A model generated the notes under the pieces. It was given only the letters and a program-made list of their open reading frames with translations. It made no database searches and was not told the DNA's origin. From Thermodesulfobacteriota bacterium (GTDB lineage Bacteria > Desulfobacterota > Desulfobulbia > Desulfobulbales > SURF-16): DNA of 64,000 nucleotides. The DNA lies in NCBI GenBank assembly GCA_040755455.1, contig JBFMAY010000023.1, forward strand, positions 1,923 to 65,922, given 5' to 3'. The position numbers and the translations under genes are program-made. Shown here one piece after another: positions 57,210 through 64,000 of this stretch (within the stretch, counting starts at the first letter, position 1; every line of letters starts with the position of its first letter).

Positions 57210-57956
57210 TTAATTGTTCGTTCCCCTGACAGCAATGGTCAACGGCTGCTCCCCTCCCTGAAAAAAGGCGAGCAGATCCCGGGTGAAAGGCATGGTGTAG
57301 CGCCAGGATGATTTTACCAGCCCGTCCTGCAGGCTCACCAGTCTTCCCTGGACGATCAGGGTTTTCCGGGTATTGCTGAAGGTCGACACCACGACATACT
57401 CAAGCTCTGGGGCAATGTTGGCCAGTTCACCGACATTCTGGGTCAGAATGAACTCGCCGGTCTGGGCAATGATGTTGATCTCCTTGCCCAGCCGCAGTTC
57501 GGTTACCTTCAGCCCCCGGTCCGCCAGGTCGGTCAGCAGATACTCGGCCATGACCCGGCCGAACTCCGTATCGCGTTTGAGATCAGACAAGGGGACCGCG
57601 GCAACCACGGCAACCCGGGCGGAATAGTTCTTTTCGCCGTCCTCTTTCAGTTCGTAAAAAACCTTGCCGGCCACCTCTTTGGAAATATCGGAGAGCTGGC
57701 TTTCCGTTGCCTGGGAACGGGAGCTTTCCGGCATGTATTGATAAATCCGGTATTTGTGGGCGATGGGGGCTGGCATCAGCCCGTTTTCCTGCACGCCCTG
57801 GTTTTTCTCATCAACCTTGAGATAGGCATTGGGGGATGAAGCCCCGCTCTCATTAATCACCGGTTCGCTTTCCGGCTCCGGGGCCTTGGCGCATGCAAAG
57901 TTAATAAACGCCAGCAGAGCCGTGCAGACCGCCACTTTGATCATTGTTGCCTTCAT
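57210..57956 (-). CDS. secreted/lipoprotein FlgO/TolB-N-like protein, paralog 2
   Basis: Signal ending FACA. Core VAVVAAVPLSDLKRDTEFGRVMAEYLLTDLADRGLKVTELR...GEFIL...YVVVSTFSNTRKTLIVQGRLVSLQDG. Confidence 0.58.
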   Translation of the reverse strand: MKATMIKVAVCTALLAFINFACAKAPEPESEPVINESGASSPNAYLKVDEKNQGVQENGLMPAPIAHKYRIYQYMPESSRSQATESQLSDISKEVAGKVFYELKEDGEKNYSARVAVVAAVPLSDLKRDTEFGRVMAEYLLTDLADRGLKVTELRLGKEINIIAQTGEFILTQNVGELANIAPELEYVVVSTFSNTRKTLIVQGRLVSLQDGLVKSSWRYTMPFTRDLLAFFQGGEQPLTIAVRGTNN

Positions 57957-58014
57957 CTGTTTCCCCCCTTTGTCTCAATGCAAACCGTACATTTTAAGTA
58001 CATAGGTTTTCACA

Positions 58015-58707
58015 TCACATTTCAAGTTCTTTCATGTAAATCACCCCTGCCGAGTGCTTTTGGACGGCGGCGGCGGTATCCTGCAGCATCCAGTTGCCCA
58101 GCGCGTTGCGCGGGAAAATAACCGTAGTGCCGGACAAGAGTTCCCCTCCCCGGTTATCGATAATGCTGGCATTGACGATGATTTCCTTATCCCCCACCAG
58201 ATAGGTGCCGGTGAGCATGGCGCGGGCCTCGTGGGCGGACGGGATCTCGTCCGGGTTGCGGGACAGGCCGAACTCCCCTCTTTTTTCCTGCACCACCACA
58301 CTGAGACTTTTGCGCATATCAATAACCTCAAAGGCATAACGCTGCAGTTCGTTCATGAGCTGCCCGGCCACATAGCGGCCGAAGGATGAGGTGCGGTGGA
58401 GATTGTTGATATCGACAAAGGTGCAGACCACCACCCCGTCAGCAAGGGTGCCGTTTACCGGATCAGGGTCGGCAAGCAGGACGACCAGGTCGTCCGCCAT
58501 GGCCTGAATCTTCAGCATCAGCTCGTTGGCCTCGCTTTTTCCGGCATCAGGCGCGGCGCGGAATCTTTCCGGCTCGAGATAGGTCGGCGCCATCCCCGCC
58601 TCATTATTGACCTGGAACGCTTGCGCCTGTCCATGAAAAGCAAACAAGGAAAAAAACGACAACAGCAGCAGCGATGGTAAATAAGTCATATGTGTCATCC
58701 TTATCAA
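58015..58707 (-). CDS. secreted FlgO/TolB-N-like protein, paralog 1
   Basis: Signal peptide ending AQA. Core VVVCTFVDINNLHRTSSFGRYVAGQLMNELQRYAFEVIDMR...GEFGLSR...AMLTGTYLVGDKEIIVNASIIDNRGGELL. Confidence 0.6.
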   Translation of the reverse strand: MIRMTHMTYLPSLLLLSFFSLFAFHGQAQAFQVNNEAGMAPTYLEPERFRAAPDAGKSEANELMLKIQAMADDLVVLLADPDPVNGTLADGVVVCTFVDINNLHRTSSFGRYVAGQLMNELQRYAFEVIDMRKSLSVVVQEKRGEFGLSRNPDEIPSAHEARAMLTGTYLVGDKEIIVNASIIDNRGGELLSGTTVIFPRNALGNWMLQDTAAAVQKHSAGVIYMKELEM

Positions 58708-59090
58708 TTATTGTCTGGGCCTGAAAAACGGTAAGCATTTGCCCGGCAACGGACCATGCCTTGCCGATAATCATTCCCGGACGGGTTCTTTCCTATCCTG
58801 TAAAATGTAACATCGGTATAACCGGCCAGAGTCTTTAATAAAAAATGCACAGGCCAGCATTGTTTAGCAAATATCGGCGCAAATACCGGAAAACAGTGGC
58901 CCGGAATGCCGCCTGCCGCGTGTATCCCGCCACTGATTTTTTGTCCGGAACCCGTGAAAATAACCCGCAAAAAATTAGCCCTGGATCGGCCGGCGGTTCC
59001 ATGCTATACAACCAAGCAGACATGCAAGCCAAGGCGCGGCTGGTGCGCGCCGGGAAAAACCTGTGATCTTTTCACGCCGAAGAAGGCCCG

Positions 59091-59591
59091 ATGAGCAGCA
59101 AGGAAATATACCTGGAGGATGAGGTTTTCATTATTGAGGATGCCGGCGGCGAGATGCCTGAAGTGGCAATGCACGGCTCCCTGTACTTTTTGTGCCGCGA
59201 TCCGGAGGGCCCAGGCCTCAGCCTGAAAAAGCAAGACTGGCTTCCCCTGAAAAAAGCGGTAATCAACCGTTATCAGACCATCATTCTCCGGGACCTGCAG
59301 CCGGAGAACAGGAAAAAAAGCATCTATCGCGGGGTGAAAAGAAGCGCCATCAACTGGCAGCGCATGAAGCTTTTTGCCGAGAAGGAAAATCTAGCCATCG
59401 ACCACGTGCGCCGCAGGGTTGCCGCAGCCCTGGTCTCCTTCCTGGAGCAGGAGGCGCGCTCTGTCTACCGGGACGGGGAGACGTCGTGCATCAACTGCAG
59501 CAGCCGGACCCTGCATGGGTTTGCCACGGAACTGGGCCTTTGCAGCGCAGACCTTGCCGGCGGTTGGCAGGATCTCTGCTGTGAGGAGTGA
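59091..59591 (+). CDS. hypothetical protein (166 aa)
   Basis: ORF with host-like composition and a weak RBS (GAAGAAGG). No recognisable motif. Confidence 0.45.
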   Translation: MSSKEIYLEDEVFIIEDAGGEMPEVAMHGSLYFLCRDPEGPGLSLKKQDWLPLKKAVINRYQTIILRDLQPENRKKSIYRGVKRSAINWQRMKLFAEKENLAIDHVRRRVAAALVSFLEQEARSVYRDGETSCINCSSRTLHGFATELGLCSADLAGGWQDLCCEE

Positions 59592-59598
59592 AGGACCC

Positions 59599-60900
59599 TC
59601 ATTGCAGGGTTCTGATTTTCTTGAGCAGGCCGGTGGTGGAAAAATCGCCGACCAGCTCAATGGTTTTCACCTGCCCGCCGGAGGCCAGCACCTCCTGTGC
59701 CCCGACAATTTTCTCCACCGGCCAGTCCGCTCCCTTGATCAGCACATCGGGCATGAGGGCGGTAATGAGCCGCAGGGGCGTCTCCTCGCCGAACAGCACA
59801 ACATGGTCAACGCAACCCAGGGCGGCAAGCAGACGGGCCCTGCTCGTTTCGCTGTTCACCGGCCGGTCAGGGCCCTTGATGGCCCGGATCGATGCGTCAC
59901 TGTTTAAACCGACCACCAGATAGTCCCCCTCGCGCCGGGCCGCTTCCAGATAGGTGACGTGGCCTTCATGCAGGATATCAAAGCAGCCGTTGGTGAACAC
60001 CATTTTGCGGCCCGCCTCCTGATAACAGGCGACTTTCTCCTGCAATCTTTCCCGTTCGCAGATCTTGTCCTGGTCCGGAAAACGGTACGGGGTTCTGCCC
60101 GTGGTCTGAAAAGCGGACCTGACCTCAGTCAGCAGTGAGCGGTCAAGTGCCGCCCCGCCGCACGCCTGCCCCTCCCCCGCCTCGGCCAGGACCACGCCGT
60201 CCGGGCCAACCACCATGGAATGGCCGGCAAAAACCGTGTCGCCGGTTTTGCCGCAGCGGTTGCAGCCAATGACAAAGGCCTGGTTTTCTATGGCCCTGGC
60301 CTGCAGCAGCATGCGCCAGTGGCCTTGTCTTGCCGCCGGCCATTGGGCGCTCACCGCCAGCACCCTGGCGCCCCGGTCCAGCTGGCCCCTGGCCAGTTCC
60401 GGGAAACGCAGATCAAAACAGACCAGCCCGCCGATCAGGCCCCAGGGCGTGGCCACCGGCAGCGGACTATCGCCCGGCTGAAAATAGCGGTCTTCCGCCA
60501 TGGGGACAAAGAGCTGCTGCTTGCGGTAGGCGCCCAGCAAACCCTCTGGTCCGGTGAAATAGAGGGTGTTACAGAAGCTCACCCTGCCCGCTTCAACCCT
60601 TTTCTCCGGCAGCGACCCGGCAAGGCATATACGGTAACGGCCGGCAAGCTTCGTAAGACCGGCAAGCATCTCCCCGGTCGCGGCCGCCTGGGAGGCCAGC
60701 TCCTCATAAAAAAATCCGGCCGACCAGAGTTCCGGCAGCACGATAATTGCTCCTGGCGGCGGGGCAAGGCTTTCGAGCAGCTCCCGCACCCTGGCCGCAT
60801 TTTCGGCCGGCCTGCCTGCCTGCACATCGATCTGCAGAAACCCGCCGAAAACCGGGAGAGAAAAATCTGTTTGCTTTCTTGGAGTTTTCAAGTATGTCAT
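59599..60900 (-). CDS. fusion: carbon-nitrogen hydrolase (nitrilase superfamily) + RfaE domain II-type cytidylyl/adenylyltransferase
   Basis: N-terminal E-K-C triad contexts LPELW, YRKQQLF and LVCFDLRFPE. C-terminal FTNGCFDILHEGHVTYL and VVGLNSD (HxGH nucleotidyltransferase). Confidence 0.85.
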   Translation of the reverse strand: MTYLKTPRKQTDFSLPVFGGFLQIDVQAGRPAENAARVRELLESLAPPPGAIIVLPELWSAGFFYEELASQAAATGEMLAGLTKLAGRYRICLAGSLPEKRVEAGRVSFCNTLYFTGPEGLLGAYRKQQLFVPMAEDRYFQPGDSPLPVATPWGLIGGLVCFDLRFPELARGQLDRGARVLAVSAQWPAARQGHWRMLLQARAIENQAFVIGCNRCGKTGDTVFAGHSMVVGPDGVVLAEAGEGQACGGAALDRSLLTEVRSAFQTTGRTPYRFPDQDKICERERLQEKVACYQEAGRKMVFTNGCFDILHEGHVTYLEAARREGDYLVVGLNSDASIRAIKGPDRPVNSETSRARLLAALGCVDHVVLFGEETPLRLITALMPDVLIKGADWPVEKIVGAQEVLASGGQVKTIELVGDFSTTGLLKKIRTLQ

Positions 60901-60960
60901 GATAGGTTGTCCACAAGGTTAAAATCAACACCGCAATGCGTGAATGAGCCCGCATAATAC

Positions 60961-62235
60961 ATGATTTTCGTTCTTTCTTTTATCAAATTGATCGATTTTT
61001 CTCTCTTCCTCTCCTTGGTCATGCTGCTGGGCTCCCTCTTTGCCGCAGCGCCCGGCTATGGCCTCACCGCCGATGAAATCGCCGTGATCGCCAATAAACA
61101 GCAACCGGAAAGCCTCAGCCTGGCCAGGTTCTACATGGAGCAGCGCCGCATCCCGGCCGCCAATCTCATCACCATCGACATTGATCCGGCGGAAGATTGC
61201 CGGCGCAGCGATTATGACCTGCTGATCGCCGCCCCTGTTCTCTCTTTTCTCGGCAAAGATGGCCGGCAAGGCAAAATCCGCTGCCTGGTGACCATGTATG
61301 GGGTGCCGCTGAAAATCAGCTCTCCGGCCTTTTCCGACCAGGGAAGCGAAACCATTGCCCAGTTAACCAAAAAGATAGAGGAAATCACCCTCTCCCTTGA
61401 TCACGGCACCGGCCAATCCGTGCCGGATATCCTGCGCGGCAAGATCAGCGACATCAAAAGACAGATATCCTATTTTACCAAGGTACAAGACATGCGGGCC
61501 GCGGTGGATTCCGAGCTGACCCTGGTAAGGCAGGCCCATGCCCTGGCCCACTGGCTGCCCAACCCCTATTACCGGGATGAGCATGGCGATTTTCTGCCCT
61601 TTGGCAAGGAGGAAGTGCTCATGGTGAGCCGGCTGGACGGCTCAAGCCCGGAGCTGGTCCGCCGGCTGATCACCGATGCCCTGGCGGCGGAAAAGGATGG
61701 GCTGCGCGGCGAGGCCTTTTTTGATGCCCGCTGGCCGGACCCCGGCCTGAAACAGGTGGACAGCTACGGCTGGTATGACCGGTCCATCCACCGGGCCGCC
61801 ACGGCTGTTCGGCAAAGCAACAGGATGGAACGGGTGGTGGTGGATGATCAAAGCGCCCTGTTGCAGCCGGGGGTTGCCCGCCATGCCGCCCTTTACTGCG
61901 GCTGGTACAGCCTGGCCGCCTACATCGACGCCTTCACCTGGCGGCAAGGGGCGGTGGGCTATCATATCGCCAGCAGCGAATGCACCACGCTGAAAAAGGA
62001 GGCAAGCCAGGTCTGGTGCAAGAGGATGCTGGAAAAAGGGGCGGCCGCCACCATCGGTCCGGTTGGGGAACCATACGTGAACGCCTTTCCGCCGCCGGAT
62101 CTCTTTTTTGCCTTTCTCACGGGCGGCAAAAACCTGGTGGAGAGCTATTTTTTCAGCCTGCCCCACCTCTCCTGGAAGATGGTGCTGATCGGCGATCCCC
62201 TGTACACCCCCTTTGCCGATGGGCGAGGCCGGTGA
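60961..62235 (+). CDS. secreted hypothetical protein (possibly TIGR03790-like)
   Basis: Signal peptide. 424 aa. The family call is from memory only. Confidence 0.55.
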   Translation: MIFVLSFIKLIDFSLFLSLVMLLGSLFAAAPGYGLTADEIAVIANKQQPESLSLARFYMEQRRIPAANLITIDIDPAEDCRRSDYDLLIAAPVLSFLGKDGRQGKIRCLVTMYGVPLKISSPAFSDQGSETIAQLTKKIEEITLSLDHGTGQSVPDILRGKISDIKRQISYFTKVQDMRAAVDSELTLVRQAHALAHWLPNPYYRDEHGDFLPFGKEEVLMVSRLDGSSPELVRRLITDALAAEKDGLRGEAFFDARWPDPGLKQVDSYGWYDRSIHRAATAVRQSNRMERVVVDDQSALLQPGVARHAALYCGWYSLAAYIDAFTWRQGAVGYHIASSECTTLKKEASQVWCKRMLEKGAAATIGPVGEPYVNAFPPPDLFFAFLTGGKNLVESYFFSLPHLSWKMVLIGDPLYTPFADGRGR

Positions 62236-62266
62236 TCCTTTCCTTTAAAAGCATCTCTTGCCGGAT

Positions 62267-62295
62267 TTGACAGACCTTTTAACAGGTGCTACAAT
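62267..62295 (+). promoter_or_regulatory. consensus sigma70 promoter with overlapping inverted-repeat operator for the TA pair
   Basis: TTGACA, 17-nt spacer, TACAAT. TTAACAGGT/ACCTGTTAA arms bracket the -10. AGGAGG RBS at 62321-62326. Confidence 0.6.
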
Positions 62296-62330
62296 CATAC
62301 CTGTTAAAAGGTCAATTACAAGGAGGCCCC

Positions 62331-62600
62331 ATGAATATCAAATTTTCCGAGGACATTGTCCCGATCAGCGTGCTCAAGATAAATCCCGGCAAGATTGTCA
62401 ATCAGGTTCAGGAGGCGCACCGGCCAGTGGTTTTGACCAGCAGGGGCCGGGGAGTCGCCGTGGTGCAATCGCTGCAGGATTTTGAAGCAAATGTTGAACA
62501 ACAGTCCTTTATGAAAGCTGTTGTCCAGGGCATGGTGGATCTGGAGGAAGGGCGGGAACTGAGCCTTGCCGAAGTGAAAACCCATTTGAAAATCAGGTAG
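62331..62600 (+). CDS. Phd/YefM-family type II antitoxin
   Basis: PISVLKINPGKIVNQVQEAHRPVVLTSRGRGVAVVQSLQDFE is the typical Phd/YefM N-terminal fold. It ends 1 nt before the toxin start. Confidence 0.82.
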   Translation: MNIKFSEDIVPISVLKINPGKIVNQVQEAHRPVVLTSRGRGVAVVQSLQDFEANVEQQSFMKAVVQGMVDLEEGRELSLAEVKTHLKIR

Positions 62601-62601
62601 C

Positions 62602-62907
62602 ATGTCAGCCAGCATCACGATTTCTTTTGCCGGTTCCGCCCTTGGCGATTTGGAGGAAATTCTCGACTATTACCGGGAGCAGCAGGCCCCCCAGGTTGGC
62701 GAGAAACTGGTGGCGGATATCATCAGAGATATGGAGTTGCTTATTGATCAACCGGATATGGGGCGCATCGTCCCGGAATTTGCTCTGCAAAATCTGCGCG
62801 AATTAATCCGGCCGCCTTTTCGCATTGTTTATCGCCGGGAACCGGGCAAAGTGCGCATCGTGAGAATCTGGAGGAGTGAGCGGTTATTGGCTTTGCCCCT
62901 GAGGTGA
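62602..62907 (+). CDS. parE: ParE/RelE-family type II toxin
   Basis: A..DL.EI.DY, G..VPE.....RELI..PFRIVYR.....V.IVRI.R (ParE signature). 101 aa. Confidence 0.82.
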   Translation: MSASITISFAGSALGDLEEILDYYREQQAPQVGEKLVADIIRDMELLIDQPDMGRIVPEFALQNLRELIRPPFRIVYRREPGKVRIVRIWRSERLLALPLR

Positions 62908-63012
62908 AGCGGTTATTGGGTTTGGAAATATGTTGACTGGCAATTGAGCATTATGTCACCGGAATTTGGCTGGCGGGTAGGATCAGACTGAATCGGCACC
63001 CGTGGAGTGATC

Positions 63013-64000
63013 ATGACATCAAAACCCCAATCTATTCCATTTCACATCATCGCTCCACGCACGAGCGTTCCAACGGGAGCAACGGGATGGTCGGCATACC
63101 TGACTCGCGACAATTGGGATGATTGGGGTAAGTATTGTACTCAATTTCACCTGACTATAGTTGATCTCGCAGGAGAGCAGCACGACATAGGACCAGTAAA
63201 AATAGGTGAGCGTGGACTAAAACCACATCGTGCGGATGCCGAACTCCTGCCTGGATATCGCAAGCCAAATATCCCTTCCAACTTCGATCAATTGGGTGAC
63301 GAATTCTTTTCAGTTGGGCAATACGAAGAATATTACGCAAACTTAGATGCCCTTGGCGACGCAATTCGTGAGCAGGTACTTGTCTCCCTTCATGATGTAG
63401 CCTGGGACTCAGAACGTTGGGACTGGGTTAAAGACGAAGATGTAATGGGAGAATCATTGCTTCGCGGGCTGTCCCGAAGCACAGTCGAGGGGCAATTCCG
63501 CCGGATGGCACATGGCGATGCACGCGTGACAAGTTATAACTTTTCTTACTCGCCACCTAAACGCATGGGTGATGGCGCGCTTCCTTTCACATTAAACTTC
63601 AGCGTAGATCCTGACTCTCCAATTCCCACGAATGTCCACGTCCTTATTGGTCGAAACGGTGTTGGTAAGACACGGTTACTTTCCTTGATGACGAAATCAC
63701 TGGTTGCCAAAGACGCATTAGCAAGGCAGTCGGGCAAATTCGAAGTGATTGAGAGGGGTAAGTTTAGTGGGACTTTTGCAAACGTGGTGACAGTTGCCTT
63801 TAGTGCATTTGATGAAGATGACATGTTGCCTGAGCGGAATCCTGCCCCTAATGCGCTAGGATTTTCCTATATCGGGCTTCGCGGATTGATGAGCGAGACA
63901 GCAACTACATCTATCAAGCCTAAATCGCCCAAAATACTAGCTGGTGAGTTCGTGGACAGTTTAAGGGAGTGCCGAGTTGGAGCAAGGCAAAAAAGGTGGA
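63013..64000 (+). CDS. P-loop (ABC/AAA_21-like) ATPase with ~200-aa unknown N-terminal domain; 3' end outside window
   Basis: Frame 1 is open from ATG 63013 to the window end (329 codons, no stop). Walker A is VLIGRNGVGKTRLL at about 63640-63680. The ORF is missing from the supplied track because it has no stop. The region is more AT-rich than its surroundings. Confidence 0.75.
   Translation, partial: MTSKPQSIPFHIIAPRTSVPTGATGWSAYLTRDNWDDWGKYCTQFHLTIVDLAGEQHDIGPVKIGERGLKPHRADAELLPGYRKPNIPSNFDQLGDEFFSVGQYEEYYANLDALGDAIREQVLVSLHDVAWDSERWDWVKDEDVMGESLLRGLSRSTVEGQFRRMAHGDARVTSYNFSYSPPKRMGDGALPFTLNFSVDPDSPIPTNVHVLIGRNGVGKTRLLSLMTKSLVAKDALARQSGKFEVIERGKFSGTFANVVTVAFSAFDEDDMLPERNPAPNALGFSYIGLRGLMSETATTSIKPKSPKILAGEFVDSLRECRVGARQKRW

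Noticed and set aside
63546-63824. 92-aa minus-strand ORF from the track.
   Set aside because: It lies antisense within the uninterrupted plus-strand ATPase ORF that carries the Walker A motif.

Overview
GC-rich chromosomal segment that looks like a sulfate/sulfur-respiring Desulfobacterota genome (Desulfobulbaceae-like). That placement is an inference from gene content: DsrC, NrfHA, a group 3b [NiFe] hydrogenase, and many PAS/GGDEF/His-kinase genes. Most of the window is housekeeping or core metabolism: htpG, thiC, glnA, hisC, lgt, rpe, an ldtD-like/mepK-like pair, M16 and M24 peptidases, and an aldehyde dehydrogenase. No rRNA, tRNA or CRISPR array was seen.

Two patches look accessory.
(1) About 6.36-12.35 kb. 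This segment is bracketed by the intact 3' end of nhaD and a decayed, internally deleted second copy of that same 3' end. It holds a frameshifted, truncated vapC; a 70-bp inverted-repeat element present in filled, empty and solo-end states; two tandem small 2-TM paralogs; an orphan 170-aa ORF; a LOG-like gene; and a large fusion protein (cNMP-binding domain, catalytically degenerate sigma54-type AAA+ domain, NapH/CcoG-like polyferredoxin membrane domain).
(2) The last ~1.8 kb. It carries a Phd/ParE toxin-antitoxin pair with a textbook promoter/operator. This is followed by a more AT-rich segment carrying an open-ended ORF for a P-loop (GRNGVGKT) ATPase with a ~200-aa unknown N-terminal domain. 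That ORF is absent from the supplied ORF track because it runs off the window.

Other candidates for undescribed biology:
- a four-gene envelope operon (54.5-58.7 kb) with three FlgO/TolB-N-like paralogs and a 702-aa protein carrying seven tandem LDQxNIDALLGG motifs (FliM-type CheY-P docking peptide look-alikes), one TM helix and periplasmic Ig-like domains;
- a LysW/LysX-like pair (zinc-ribbon protein plus RimK-type ATP-grasp);
- an EHD-like dynamin-family GTPase next to LemA-TPM-TPM;
- a protein with a retroviral-type CCHC zinc knuckle downstream of a two-component pair;
- a CN-hydrolase::RfaE-domain-II fusion.

All family assignments come from motif recognition by eye. No database search was run.
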